Source: Alphaproteobacteria bacterium
Lineage (GTDB): Bacteria > Pseudomonadota > Alphaproteobacteria > UBA828
Assembly: GCA_963667785.2 (NCBI GenBank)
Contig: CAXXMU010000001.1
Location: 640,001 to 704,000, forward strand
Length of the DNA stretch: 64,000 nt
Reading direction: 5' to 3'
Part shown: positions 11,226 to 21,498 of the stretch, in pieces
Numbering within the stretch: position 1 is the stretch's first letter
How the letters are laid out: the number at the start of each line of letters is the position of its first letter
Notes under the pieces: generated by a model
Told to the model about the DNA's origin: nothing
The model's database searches: none
The model's input: only the letters and a program-made list of their open reading frames with translations
Translations under genes and position numbers: made by a program

Positions 11226-11294
11226 CCGCCAAGCCGACGCACCGCCCGCCACGCGCCCGCTGCGCACCGCGAGCCCGAGGACGACAATGCTCCC

Positions 11295-13058
11295 ATGAGC
11301 GAGGACGCCGCCGCCTATCGCGTGCTCGCGCGCAAGTACCGGCCGGCGAGCTTTGCCGGCCTGATCGGCCAGGACGCCCTGGTGCGCACGCTGAGCAACG
11401 CGATCGCGATGGACCGCCTGGCGCACGCCTGGCTGCTGACGGGCGTGCGCGGGGTGGGCAAGACCTCCACGGCAAGGATCATCGCGCGCGCGCTCAACTG
11501 CATCGGCGCGGACGGCGCCGGCGGCCCGACGCCCGAACCCTGCGGGACCTGCGATCACTGCGTCTCCATCGCCGAGGACCGCCACGTCGACGTGATCGAG
11601 ATGGACGCGGCATCGCGCACCGGCATCGACGACGTGCGCGAGCTGATCGAGAGCGTGCGCTACCGCCCGGTATCGGCGCGCTACAAGGTCTACATTATCG
11701 ACGAAGTGCACATGCTCTCGAAGCAGGCCTTCAATGCGCTGCTCAAGACGCTCGAGGAGCCGCCGCCCCACGTCAAGTTCGTGTTCGCGACCACCGAGGT
11801 CCGGCGCCTGCCGGTGACGGTGCTCTCCCGCTGCCAGCGCTTCGACCTGCGCCGGGTCGACATGGAGACGCTGGTCGCGCATTTCGCCGGGATCGCCGAG
11901 GCCGAGGGGGTCGAGGTGGAGCCGGCGGCGCTCGCGCTCATCGCCCGGGCCGCCGATGGCTCGGTGCGGGACGGGCTTTCCGTGCTCGATCAGGCGATGG
12001 CCCACGAGGGCACGCGCGTCGCCGAGGAGGCGGTGCGTGCCATGCTGGGGCTCGCCGACCGGACTCGGCTCTTCGACCTCTTCGACATGCTGATGCGGGG
12101 CGCGATCAAGGACGCGCTCGACTGCTTCGCGGAGCTCCACGACGCAGGCGCCGAGCCCCAGGCCCTGCTGCAGGACCTGCTGGAGCTCTGCCACTGGCTG
12201 ACTCGGCTGAAGCTGGTGCCCACTGCTGCGGACGACCCCGCGGTGCCGGAGGCGGAGCGCACGCGTGGGCGCGCCATGGCGGATGCGCTGGCGGTGCCGT
12301 CGCTCACCCAGACCTGGCAGATGCTGCTCAAGGGGCTGGAGGAGGTGGGCCAGGCCGCGCGGCCGGCGCTCGCGGCGGAGATGACCCTGGTGCGCATCGC
12401 CTATGCCGCCGACCTGCCGAGCCCGGCGGACGCGCTCCGCGCCCTCGGCGCGGGAGGTGCGCAGCCGAGGGCCGACGGCGCGGCAGAGACGGCGGCGGCG
12501 CCCGCGTCCACCCCCGTCGATGTGCCTCGCGGGGGCGCTGCGGCGGCCGATTCCGCTGCAGCGGAGCCGGTACCGGCTGCGACGCCGTCGCCGGCGACCG
12601 CTCCGGCCCCAGCGCCGACTCCTGCGCCGACATCCGCTCCGACCGCCGAGGCGGCCCCCCGGCCGCGCCCCGAGTCCTTGCGCGCGATCGCCGCGCTCGC
12701 CGAGGAGCGGCGCGAGCCGATCCTGAGCGCGTGGCTCAGGACCGAGGTGCGCCCGGTCCGCGTGACCGCCGGCACCGTCGAGATCAACTGCGTGCGCGCG
12801 CCCGACGGCAGGATGCTCGACCTGCTCCGGGACAGGCTCGAGGAATGGACGGGCGAGCGTTGGATGATCGCGCTGACGGACTCGGGCGGCGAGCCCACGC
12901 TTGACGAGCAGGCCCACGCCGCGCAAGAGGCAGCCGACAGGGCGGCGGCGGATCATCCGCTCGTGCGCCAGGTGCTCGATGCCTTCCCCGGCGCGCGCGT
13001 GCGCACCGTTCACCGGCCGGTGCCGGACAGCGGAAACGACGGAGACCCTTCCCCATGA
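11295..13058 (+). CDS. dnaX: DNA polymerase III subunit gamma/tau
   Basis: YRVLARKYRP, GVRGVGKTS, IIDEVHML, SRC motif, Pro/Ala linker. Confidence 0.97.
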   Translation: MSEDAAAYRVLARKYRPASFAGLIGQDALVRTLSNAIAMDRLAHAWLLTGVRGVGKTSTARIIARALNCIGADGAGGPTPEPCGTCDHCVSIAEDRHVDVIEMDAASRTGIDDVRELIESVRYRPVSARYKVYIIDEVHMLSKQAFNALLKTLEEPPPHVKFVFATTEVRRLPVTVLSRCQRFDLRRVDMETLVAHFAGIAEAEGVEVEPAALALIARAADGSVRDGLSVLDQAMAHEGTRVAEEAVRAMLGLADRTRLFDLFDMLMRGAIKDALDCFAELHDAGAEPQALLQDLLELCHWLTRLKLVPTAADDPAVPEAERTRGRAMADALAVPSLTQTWQMLLKGLEEVGQAARPALAAEMTLVRIAYAADLPSPADALRALGAGGAQPRADGAAETAAAPASTPVDVPRGGAAAADSAAAEPVPAATPSPATAPAPAPTPAPTSAPTAEAAPRPRPESLRAIAALAEERREPILSAWLRTEVRPVRVTAGTVEINCVRAPDGRMLDLLRDRLEEWTGERWMIALTDSGGEPTLDEQAHAAQEAADRAAADHPLVRQVLDAFPGARVRTVHRPVPDSGNDGDPSP

Positions 13059-13378
13059 AGAACATCGGCAAGATGCTCAAGCAGGCCCAGGAAATGCAGA
13101 CCCGGATGGCCGAGCTGCAGGAGAGCCTGGGCGCGCTCGAGGTCGAGGGTGCGGCCGGCGGCGGCCTCGTGCGGGTCACGCTCACCGGCAAGGGCGAGAT
13201 GCGCCGCCTCTCCATCGACCCGGCGCTGGTGAAGGGCGACGAGGTGGAGGTGCTGGAGGACCTGATCGTCGCCGCCTTCAACGACGGCAAGGCCAAGGTC
13301 GAGCAACTCGTTCAGGAACGGATGGCGGAGGTCACCGGCGGCCTCAAGCTGCCGCCGGGTCTCGACCTGGGCCTCTGA
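13055..13378 (+). CDS. ybaB: YbaB/EbfC nucleoid-associated protein
   Basis: [20 protein letters not shown]; between dnaX and recR. Confidence 0.95.
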   Translation: MKNIGKMLKQAQEMQTRMAELQESLGALEVEGAAGGGLVRVTLTGKGEMRRLSIDPALVKGDEVEVLEDLIVAAFNDGKAKVEQLVQERMAEVTGGLKLPPGLDLGL

Positions 13379-13397
13379 GCCCGCCTGGCGGCGCGCG

Positions 13398-13994
13398 ATG
13401 ACGAGTCCGGCGATCGAGCGGCTGGCGGGCCACCTCGGCAAGCTTCCCGGCCTCGGGCCGCGCTCGGCGCGCCGCGCTGCGCTCCACCTGCTGGAGCGTC
13501 GCGAATCGCACTTGGAGCCGCTGCTGAGCGCGCTGCGCACGGCCGCCGAGAGCGTCCGCCCCTGCTCCGTCTGCGGCAATCTCGACGCCCAGGATCCCTG
13601 CGCGATCTGCGCCGATCCGGAGCGCGACGGCGGCGCCATCTGCGTCGTCGAGCAGGTGGCGGACCTGTGGGCGCTGGAGCGCACGCTGATGTTCCGCGGC
13701 CGCTATCACGTGCTGGGGGGCCTCTTGTCCGCGCTAGACGGCATCGGACCGGAGGATCTCGCCATCGCCGGCCTCGTCGCCCGCGCCGGCGCGCCCGAGG
13801 TCGGCGAGATCATCCTCGCCACCAGCGCCACCGTGGACGGGCAGACGACCGCACACTATCTGACCGACCGCCTGGCCCAGAGCGGCGTTGCGATCTCCCG
13901 TCTCGCCCACGGCCTGCCGGTCGGCGGCGAGCTCGACTATCTCGACGACGGCACGCTCGGCACCGCGCTCAAGGCGCGCCAGCGTCTGCTCTGA
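13398..13994 (+). CDS. recR: Recombination mediator RecR
   Basis: LPGLGPRSA HhH, CSVCGN..CAIC zinc finger, Toprim, GGELDYLD. Confidence 0.97.
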   Translation: MTSPAIERLAGHLGKLPGLGPRSARRAALHLLERRESHLEPLLSALRTAAESVRPCSVCGNLDAQDPCAICADPERDGGAICVVEQVADLWALERTLMFRGRYHVLGGLLSALDGIGPEDLAIAGLVARAGAPEVGEIILATSATVDGQTTAHYLTDRLAQSGVAISRLAHGLPVGGELDYLDDGTLGTALKARQRLL

Positions 13995-14086
13995 GCCCGT
14001 CAGCACGGGAACGGGCGGCCGCATGAGACGACCGCCCGCGGTTGATCCCACGCCTCCCTGATGGCGCGTTCCTATCGCTCCCGCGT

Positions 14087-15373
14087 TCAGAACTTGATGC
14101 GGGCGCCAACGCCGGTGATGGTGATGTCGTTGGTCGACATGCCCACGATGTCGGCGCGGTAGACCCCGTAGATGGCGTAGAGCTCGGTCCCGAGGTCCTC
14201 GATCTTCTGCACGAAGGCGAGGTCGTAGTAGCTGCCCGCGTTGCCCTCTCCTCCCTGGTTCTCGGTGTCGCCGATTCCGAGCGAGAGCGCCCTGCTGCCT
14301 TCGAGCTCCTGGCCCAGCTTGAGGTAGGTGAAGGTCGGGTCCGCGCCGGCGCCGCCGCTCGTGGTCGAGTAGGCCCCGGTGACGCTCGTGCCCGACGGGG
14401 CGAGGAACGAGACCGAGCCGCCCTGACCCGTGGTGTCGGCGTTCTTCTGCCAGGTCGAGGCGGCGGCGGCGGCCTCGAAGTCGCCGAGCTCGGCGCCGTA
14501 GCGGAGCGCAAGGTCCCACGCGCCGGATTCGACGCCGTCCTTGTAGCGGCCGCCGAGGAAGGACGTCGAGACCTGGAAGCCGTTGAGGCTTGGCGAATCG
14601 TAGCGGATTCGGTCCTTCCGGCTCAGCCCGCCCTGGTTGCCGAAGAGATCGTTGACAACCACGCCGGAGCCCACGCGCCCGGCCATGTCGGACCGGATGA
14701 ACTCCAGCGATGCCCCGGTGCCGCTGAAGCCGGCGCCGGTGATCACGCCGGTGCCGGAGAGGTCCTCCTCGATCGTGCCGTCGGAGGCGGTGCTGCCCTG
14801 GCCGAGCGAGATCTTGCCCGCGTCCCCGTTCTCGAACCAGACCTCGAGCTTGCGCTCCTTGAGCGAGGCCTTGTTGGAATCGCCGCCTTCCTTCGGGTCT
14901 TCGATCGCCACGCTGCGGGAAGAGTTCGACTCGAGCTCGGCCTCGAAGGTGGTGCCGGCGGTCCAGCCGCCATCCATCTTCGCCTTGCCCTCGAGGCGGA
15001 AGCGTGTCGAGGACTGGTCGTTGTCCGCGAAGAAGTTGCGGCTCTCGTTGCCGTCATCGGCCATGAGGATCATCCGGTTGACCTGGCCGGAGAGCGAGAG
15101 GCTCACATTGCCCTTGCCCGAGGTGACCATCTTGGCAGGCGCTTGGGGCTCCGCAGCTTCCATTACCTTCTTGCCCTGCTCGATCACCATGTTCTTGAGG
15201 ATCTGCACTTCCTGCTGCAGGTCCTCGATCATGGCGCGGAGCTCGGCATTCTCCGATTCGAGATGGCTGTCGCCGAGCGCCGGGCCCGCCAGGCCGATCA
15301 GAAACGTCGTCCCGAGAAGCGCTGCGGCAAGGGATCGCCCCCCGACGCTGCGCCGAATCCGCTTGAATTCCAT
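14087..15373 (-). CDS. Outer-membrane porin with N-terminal coiled coil
   Basis: Signal peptide, heptad segment (ENAELRAMIEDLQQEV), LSGQVNR, RIRYDSP, C-terminal GARIKF beta-signal. Confidence 0.82.
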   Translation of the reverse strand: MEFKRIRRSVGGRSLAAALLGTTFLIGLAGPALGDSHLESENAELRAMIEDLQQEVQILKNMVIEQGKKVMEAAEPQAPAKMVTSGKGNVSLSLSGQVNRMILMADDGNESRNFFADNDQSSTRFRLEGKAKMDGGWTAGTTFEAELESNSSRSVAIEDPKEGGDSNKASLKERKLEVWFENGDAGKISLGQGSTASDGTIEEDLSGTGVITGAGFSGTGASLEFIRSDMAGRVGSGVVVNDLFGNQGGLSRKDRIRYDSPSLNGFQVSTSFLGGRYKDGVESGAWDLALRYGAELGDFEAAAAASTWQKNADTTGQGGSVSFLAPSGTSVTGAYSTTSGGAGADPTFTYLKLGQELEGSRALSLGIGDTENQGGEGNAGSYYDLAFVQKIEDLGTELYAIYGVYRADIVGMSTNDITITGVGARIKF

Positions 15374-15536
15374 GATGCTCTTCCTTCCCTCTGACACACG
15401 TCGAGCCCGCGCAGGCGGCTCCCTCCGCCCTCACGCTAGGCGGGCGGCATGAAGCGTGTATTGCGCTTGTGTGACGAATGAATGTCATCGCCGGGCGCCC
15501 TACACCGGACTCGTTGGGCGACGCCGTCACCTTAAT

Positions 15537-15568
15537 GCAACTAAGAATCATTATTGATTAGTTGTCAA
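15537..15568 (-). promoter_or_regulatory. Porin promoter: TTGACA -35 overlapped downstream by a Fur-like box
   Basis: TTGACA on minus strand at 15568-15563; GCAACTAAGAATCATTATT (15537-15555) resembles a Fur box, in an AT-rich patch. Confidence 0.6.
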
Positions 15569-15887
15569 GGGGAGGCGGTATCAAAGGGAGTCAGCGTCGA
15601 GGGATGCCGGGAGGTGTCTGGAGGCGATCGATCCGCGACGACCAGGGCCCGAGCCGCGGCGGGAAGGGGGAGTCCCAGGAGGCGGTCGGGTCGGCCGCGC
15701 GGCGGCGCCCGTCTACCGCGGCCGGCTGCACCGATACTGCCAGGAGTCCGCGGGCGACCCGTCAGGCCGCGGCCCACGGACGGGGAGCGCGTCGCCCCGA
15801 ACGACCGGAAGCCGCTCGGGGCGCAGCGCGTTCACGCCGCTCGGAGGGGAGAGAATTGCTCCCTTGTGACGGCGATCTCGGCCGGGA

Positions 15888-16379
15888 CTACTCCAGGACC
15901 TGCCAGCGCGTCCCGCCTCTCGATGTTCTCTCGAGGCAAGAGAGCAGAATCCGCTTGGTCTCCTCGGCGGTCTCTTCCGCGCCGCTCGCAAAGGCACTGA
16001 AGACGCCGGCGAGTATGCCGGCCGCCGCGCCGATCCCTGCGCCTTCGAGGGCGTCGGTATCGAAGCCGGCGCTATTCAGAATGTTGTTGAATTCGAGCCC
16101 GGCGGCTGCGCCCGTGCCGGCGCCTTCGACCGCGCCGGTCAGGGTCTTCAGTTGTGCTTCCTGCGCGGCGGTCGCCTGGCGGTTCGCGGCCACCTGTCGG
16201 CACAAGCCCAACGCCTGCTGGTACTCACCCTGGAATTCCGGCTCGACGTAGACCGCCGGCACGTACTGGCCGGCTCCCAGACCGCTCTGGTCGGCCAGAC
16301 CGGAATAGGCCGATCCGCACCCCGCCAGCAAGGCGGTGAGACCGACCGCGGCAACGACATTTCGGACGTTCTTCTTCAT
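15888..16379 (-). CDS. Glycine-zipper lipoprotein, unknown function
   Basis: MKK..LLAGC lipobox; GAGTGAAAG and GAGIGAAAG zippers; two further Cys. Confidence 0.7.
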   Translation of the reverse strand: MKKNVRNVVAAVGLTALLAGCGSAYSGLADQSGLGAGQYVPAVYVEPEFQGEYQQALGLCRQVAANRQATAAQEAQLKTLTGAVEGAGTGAAAGLEFNNILNSAGFDTDALEGAGIGAAAGILAGVFSAFASGAEETAEETKRILLSCLERTSRGGTRWQVLE

Positions 16380-16547
16380 GGCGCGAATCTCTCCCCGGCA
16401 GTGAGAGGGACCTAATGTCCCATGCGGTACGGTGCCCCATTGCCTGGGCCAAATCAATAGTTCTGGCAGGGGGGAGCGTACGCCATAACTTGTTCGGATG
16501 CGTGACCGGTCGTCGGCGACCCGATCCGGTCGGATCGGCCTCCGCTG

Positions 16548-17957
16548 CTAGTCCGGCAGGGCGTTGAGCGCGGTCCGCACCACCGCGTGCTCATCGCTGC
16601 CCGGCTGAAGCAGGGCGAGCAGGCGCTCCCAGCGCGCACGCGCCGTGGCGACCTCGGCATTTTCCGACGCAGCGAGGCCCGTGACCCAGAGCGCGACCCG
16701 ATCGTCAGGGGCAAGCGTGAGAATGCGCTCGTAGACCGCCACGGCGTCCGCCGCCGGCGGCTCCGGCAGGGCGGCCTCGGTGAGCGCGTCCGCATAGGCA
16801 CGAAGCGTCTCGAGGTCGTCGGGTGCCAATTCCGCCGCCCGGCGGAGCGCGTCGGCCGCCTTCTCGTGCTCGCCCAGCACGCCGTAGGAGCGGGCCAGCC
16901 GGCGCCAGCCCTCTGCGTCGTCCGGGTTCTCCTCGAGGCGGGTGGCGAGGCTCTCCACCATGCCGCGGATCATCGCCATGCGCTCGTCCGGCGTCATCTC
17001 GGCCGCCGCCGCCATGTCCTCGGCAGACGGCCCCGGGGGTGCCTCGGCGCGGGCAGGCGCGCTCGGGACGGTCCCGGGTGCGATGCCGAGCATCTCGGCG
17101 GCCTGGCGGATCAGGCTCCCCAGATCGCCGCGCCAGGGCGCATCCGCAGGCGTGTCGGCGGCGAGCGCCAGCCACATCTCGTAGGCGTCGCGCACCTCGC
17201 CGGCCTGCGCGCGGGCCAGCGCGAGGTGGTAGCGGGCAGCGGGGTCGTCCGAGCGTGCCTCCATTACCCGCTCGAAGACCCGCACCGCCTCCGGCACCAC
17301 CGTTCCGTCGCTCGCCCAGACGATCGTCTCGCCCAGCATGGAGAGTATCTCGGGATTGCCGCCGGAGAGCAGCGCCGCCTGCCGCAGCGCGCGGGTCGCC
17401 TCTGCGTACTGCTGCAGGACGAGATGGGAGCGCCCCAGCAGGAGCCAGCCTTCGAGGTCGTCGGGCTCTCTCTCCAGCCGCGCTTCGAGCCGCTCGACCG
17501 CGTCGTCCATGATTGCCGCCGTCGCTGCATCGGAGGCGGGCCGGGCGGCCTCGTCGAAGGGTCGGCCGGGGAGTCCGGGGGTGCCGAGGCTCGCATAGAT
17601 GCCGGCGGCGAGCGCCGGCACGCAGAGCCCGAGCGCCAGCGCCGCCGCGCGCCGCCGCCAGGGCGGCCGTGTGCCCGCGCCCGGCGCCCGCCCAGCCCCG
17701 AGTGCGGCCTCTGCTTCCTCGCGCGCCCGCGCCGCGCGCAGCATGCGCCGCTCGATCTCGGTGCGCGCCGCCTCGACCTGCTCCTCGCTCACCAGTCCGC
17801 GGGCGCGGTCGCTCTCCAGCTCGCGCAGCTGATCGCGGTAGACGGCGAGGTCGTAGTCCGCCCGCGCCGGACCGCGCCGCTCCCGGCGCAGCACGGGAAC
17901 CAGCAGCACCGCCACGGCAAGCGCCGTAAGCCCGGCGGCGGCGAGCGCGAAGACCAT
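16548..17957 (-). CDS. ccmI: Cytochrome c biogenesis TPR protein CcmI/CycH
   Basis: DLAVYRDQLRELE, YASLGTPGLP, TPR repeats, MIRGMVESLATRL. Confidence 0.9.
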   Translation of the reverse strand: MVFALAAAGLTALAVAVLLVPVLRRERRGPARADYDLAVYRDQLRELESDRARGLVSEEQVEAARTEIERRMLRAARAREEAEAALGAGRAPGAGTRPPWRRRAAALALGLCVPALAAGIYASLGTPGLPGRPFDEAARPASDAATAAIMDDAVERLEARLEREPDDLEGWLLLGRSHLVLQQYAEATRALRQAALLSGGNPEILSMLGETIVWASDGTVVPEAVRVFERVMEARSDDPAARYHLALARAQAGEVRDAYEMWLALAADTPADAPWRGDLGSLIRQAAEMLGIAPGTVPSAPARAEAPPGPSAEDMAAAAEMTPDERMAMIRGMVESLATRLEENPDDAEGWRRLARSYGVLGEHEKAADALRRAAELAPDDLETLRAYADALTEAALPEPPAADAVAVYERILTLAPDDRVALWVTGLAASENAEVATARARWERLLALLQPGSDEHAVVRTALNALPD

Positions 17958-17967
17958 GGGCGCCCGT

Positions 17968-18468
17968 TCAGCTGTCGTCGTCGAGAAGAGCGTCGAGCCG
18001 CCGTCGCTCCTCGGCGGAGAGCGGCGCCGGCCCGCCGGCCGCGCCGCCCGCAGCGCCCGCGCCGCTCCGGGCGCGGCGCAGCAGCACGTAGACGAGACCC
18101 GCACCGGCGACGAGGACGGCGGCCGGCCCGAACCAGAGCGCATAGGTCTCCGGTTTCACCGGCGGGTCGAGCAGGACGTAGTCGCCGTAGCGCTCGACGA
18201 GGAACCCTCTCACCGCCGCGTCGCTTTCTCCTGCGGCGAGCCGTTCGCGGACGACGGCGCGCATGTCCTGGGCCAGGCCCGCATTGGAATCGGCGATCGA
18301 CTGGCCCTGGCACACGAGGCAGCGGAGCTCCGCGTGCAGCGCCCGGGCGCGGGCTTCGAGCGCCGCGTCCGCCAGCGGCTCGTCGGGCGAGAAGGCCCAG
18401 GCGTTCGCCGCCAGTGCGAGCCAGAGGGCGGCCGCTGTCCCCAGCAGCGCGCGCCGCGCGCCCTTCAT
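17968..18468 (-). CDS. ccmH: Cytochrome c biogenesis protein CcmH/CycL
   Basis: LRCLVCQGQSIADS, RYGDYVL. Start trimmed to MKGARRA. Confidence 0.93.
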   Translation of the reverse strand: MKGARRALLGTAAALWLALAANAWAFSPDEPLADAALEARARALHAELRCLVCQGQSIADSNAGLAQDMRAVVRERLAAGESDAAVRGFLVERYGDYVLLDPPVKPETYALWFGPAAVLVAGAGLVYVLLRRARSGAGAAGGAAGGPAPLSAEERRRLDALLDDDS

Positions 18469-19070
18469 CCCCGAAGGTCCTCGATCAGCGGCAGGATCGT
18501 CCCGTCGAGATCCTGCGGCGCGAGCACGCCGACGTGGCGGTGGCGGATGCGGCCCTCGCCGTCCACCACGAAGGTCTCGGGCACGCCGTAGACGCCCCAC
18601 TCGATTCCGGCGCGGCCGTCGACGTCGGCGCCCATGCGCGCGTAGGGGTTGCCGAGGCGCCCCAGCCAGCGCTCGGCGTCGGCGGGCGTGTCCTTGTAGT
18701 TGATGCCGTAGATCGGCACGGTGCCGGCCTCGGCGAGCGCCATGAGCAACGGGTGCTCCACGCGGCAGGGCCCGCACCAGGACGCGAAGACGTTGACGAG
18801 CGCGATCTCGCCCTGCCCGAGATGGGCGGTTTCGAACCCGCCCACCTCCTCGAAGCCCTGGACCGCAGGCAGCGAAAACGTCGGCACCGGCTTGTCGATC
18901 AGCGCCGACGGCACCTTGCCGGGCTCGCCGGTCAGAAGCTGGACGCCGAGCGCCGCGGCCAGCGCCACGAACAGGAAGACGGGCACGAGATAGCGCAGCC
19001 GGAGGGCAGGGGAGACGGGCTTCGCCGCCGCCTGGTCCTCCGCCGGCGTTCGGGTGCTCTCGTCCGCCAT
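18465..19070 (-). CDS. ccmG: Thiol:disulfide interchange protein CcmG/DsbE
   Basis: VNVFASWCGPCRVEHP, GVYGVPETF; C-terminal part of ORF 18465..20414. Confidence 0.93.
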   Translation of the reverse strand: MADESTRTPAEDQAAAKPVSPALRLRYLVPVFLFVALAAALGVQLLTGEPGKVPSALIDKPVPTFSLPAVQGFEEVGGFETAHLGQGEIALVNVFASWCGPCRVEHPLLMALAEAGTVPIYGINYKDTPADAERWLGRLGNPYARMGADVDGRAGIEWGVYGVPETFVVDGEGRIRHRHVGVLAPQDLDGTILPLIEDLRG

Positions 19071-19075
19071 GTCTC

Positions 19076-21058
19076 TCAGTCGCCTGCCGTGGCCGCGGCC
19101 GGCACGGCGCGGCGGCGGGCGGGCGCGCCGACGCGGTGGCGGCGGTCGGTCAGCGAGACGGCGCCGCCCGCCACCATGACGAGCGCGCCGATCCAGATCC
19201 ACGGCACCAGCGGGTTGTGGTGGATGCGGACCGCCGTGCCGCCGCCGGGCGCGTCCTCGCCGACGACGACGTAGAGGTCGGCGAGCCAGGTGGTGTGGAT
19301 CGCCGCCTCGGTGGTCCAGGTGTCCTGCACCGGATAGTGGCGGCGTTCGGGCAGGAGGAGCGCGATCTCCTCGCCGCCGTCGCTGACCTGCACCCGCCCC
19401 TGCCGCGCGAGGTAGTTGGGGCCGGGCACGTCGCCGATGTCGAGAAGCTGGAAGTCGTAGCCGGCAAGCGCGACCGAATCGCCCGGCCGCATTACCTGCT
19501 CCCGCTCGCCCGCCCAGTTGCCGGCGCCCACCGTGCCCACCACCAGCACCGCGACTCCGAGATGGGCGATGCTCATCGCCCAGGCCGACCGCGGCAGGCC
19601 GGCGAGCCGGCGCGCGCTCTCGCCGAGAGGCACGCGGAAGAGCCGGATCCGCTCCGCCAGCTCCGTCAGCACGCCCGCCGCCACCCAGCCGGCGAGCGCC
19701 ATGCCAAGCACCGCGCCCCACGGGCCGCCGCCGCTGGCTGCCACCGCGGCCGCCACCGCCGCGGCGCAGACCAGCGGGACCGCGAGGCGCGGGAGAACGG
19801 CGCCGGGGCCTGCGCGCTTCCAGGCCATCAGCGGCCCCGCCGCCATCATCAGGAGGAGCGGGATCATCAGGGGCACGAAGGTCGATTCGAAGAAGGGCGG
19901 GCCGACCGAGACCTTCTGGTCGGCGAGCGCGTCGAGAACGAGCGGATAGAGCGTGCCGATGAAGACCGTCGCACAGCCCACCGCCAGCAGCAGGTTGTTC
20001 GCGAGCAGCGAGCCCTCGCGCGAGAGCGGGCGGAACGAGCCGCCGGCCCGCATCCCCGGCGCCCGCCAGGCATAGAGCGTGAGCGAGCCGCCGACGACGA
20101 CCACCAGGAAGACGAGGATGTAGACCCCGCGCGCGGGATCGGAGGCGAAGCTGTGCACCGAAGTCAGCACGCCCGAGCGCACCAGGAAGGTCCCCAGCAG
20201 GCTGAGCGAGAAGCCGAGGATCGCCAGCAGCACGGTCCAGCTCTTCAGGGAATCGCGCTTCTCCGCGACGATGGATGAGTGCAGCAGCGCCGTCGCCATC
20301 AGCCAGGGCATGAACGAGGCGTTCTCCACCGGATCCCAGAACCAGTACCCGCCCCAGCCGAGCTCGTAGTAGGCCCACCAGGAACCCAAAGCGATGCCCG
20401 CCGTGAGCGCACACCAGGAGAGCAGCGTCCAGGGCCTCACCCAGCGTGCCCAGGCCGCGTTGACCCGGCCCTCGATCAGTGCCGCCACGGCGAAGGAGAA
20501 GGCCGTCGACAGCCCGACATAGCCGAGATAGAGCAGCGGCGGGTGGAAGGCGAGGCCGGGATCCTGCAGCAGCGGGTTGAGGTCGCGCCCGTCGAAGGGC
20601 GCCGGGTCGAGGCGCAGGAAGGGGTTGGAGGTGGCGAGGATGAAGACCAGAAACCCCAGCCCGACGAACGCCTGCACGGCCAGCACCCAGGCCCGGAATC
20701 GCGGCGGCAGGTTGCGCCCGAAGGCCGCCACCAGGGCGCCGTAGACCGCGAGGATCCAGACCCAGAGCAGCATCGAGCCTTCGTGATTGCCCCAGGTGCC
20801 GGTGAACTTGTAGAGCAGCGGCTTGGCCGAGTGCGAGTTGTCGGCCACCGTCACCACGGAGAAATCCGAGACGACGAAGGCATGCATCAGGCAGGCCAGC
20901 GCAGCCGAGATGAAGAGGAACTGGGCCGCCGCCGCCGGCCGCGCCAGCGCCATCAGGGTACCGTCGCCGAGCCGGGCGCCGAGCGGCGGCGCCACCGCCT
21001 GCACCAGCGTCATCGCCAGCGCGAGCACGAGGGCGTAGTGGCCGATCTCCGCGATCAT
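19076..21058 (-). CDS. ccmF: Heme lyase CcmF
   Basis: WAYYELGWGGYWFWDPVENAS, HPPLLYLGY, SVHSFA. Confidence 0.97.
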   Translation of the reverse strand: MIAEIGHYALVLALAMTLVQAVAPPLGARLGDGTLMALARPAAAAQFLFISAALACLMHAFVVSDFSVVTVADNSHSAKPLLYKFTGTWGNHEGSMLLWVWILAVYGALVAAFGRNLPPRFRAWVLAVQAFVGLGFLVFILATSNPFLRLDPAPFDGRDLNPLLQDPGLAFHPPLLYLGYVGLSTAFSFAVAALIEGRVNAAWARWVRPWTLLSWCALTAGIALGSWWAYYELGWGGYWFWDPVENASFMPWLMATALLHSSIVAEKRDSLKSWTVLLAILGFSLSLLGTFLVRSGVLTSVHSFASDPARGVYILVFLVVVVGGSLTLYAWRAPGMRAGGSFRPLSREGSLLANNLLLAVGCATVFIGTLYPLVLDALADQKVSVGPPFFESTFVPLMIPLLLMMAAGPLMAWKRAGPGAVLPRLAVPLVCAAAVAAAVAASGGGPWGAVLGMALAGWVAAGVLTELAERIRLFRVPLGESARRLAGLPRSAWAMSIAHLGVAVLVVGTVGAGNWAGEREQVMRPGDSVALAGYDFQLLDIGDVPGPNYLARQGRVQVSDGGEEIALLLPERRHYPVQDTWTTEAAIHTTWLADLYVVVGEDAPGGGTAVRIHHNPLVPWIWIGALVMVAGGAVSLTDRRHRVGAPARRRAVPAAATAGD

Positions 21059-21498
21059 TCGGCGTCCTCGCCCTTCCAGTTGCCGGACTTCTTCAGTGCA
21101 TCCGCCACCTCGCGGGGCATGTAGTTCTCGTCGTGCTTGGCGAGCACCTCGTCGGCCTCGAACACGCCGCCCTTGAGATAGCCCTCGGCCACGACCCCCT
21201 GCCCCTCGCGGAAGAGGTCGGGCAGGATGCCGCGGTAGGTCACCGGCACGGTATGGGCGAGATCGGTGATGACGAAGCGCACCGTCAGCCCGTCGTCGGC
21301 GCGGACCACGCTCTCCTCCTCCACCAGGCCGCCGACCCGCAGCCTCTGCTCCGCCGGGAACGCGCGCTCCTTGAGCGTGCTCGGGTCATGGAAGAAGACC
21401 AGCGTGTCGTCGAGGGCGGTCAGCACCAGGCCGGCGGCAAGCCCGAGCGCTCCCAGCCCCGCACCGAGAAAGACCAGGCGCCAGTGCTTGCGCTTCAT
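21055..21498 (-). CDS. ccmE: Heme chaperone CcmE
   Basis: LPDLFREGQG, LAKHDENY. Confidence 0.97.
   Translation of the reverse strand: MKRKHWRLVFLGAGLGALGLAAGLVLTALDDTLVFFHDPSTLKERAFPAEQRLRVGGLVEEESVVRADDGLTVRFVITDLAHTVPVTYRGILPDLFREGQGVVAEGYLKGGVFEADEVLAKHDENYMPREVADALKKSGNWKGEDAE

Noticed and set aside
12440-12680. Programmed frameshift or meaningful tandem repeat in the dnaX linker
   Set aside because: No A-AAA-AAG slippery site; the APTP/APTS/APTA repeats are ordinary Pro/Ala linker low complexity.
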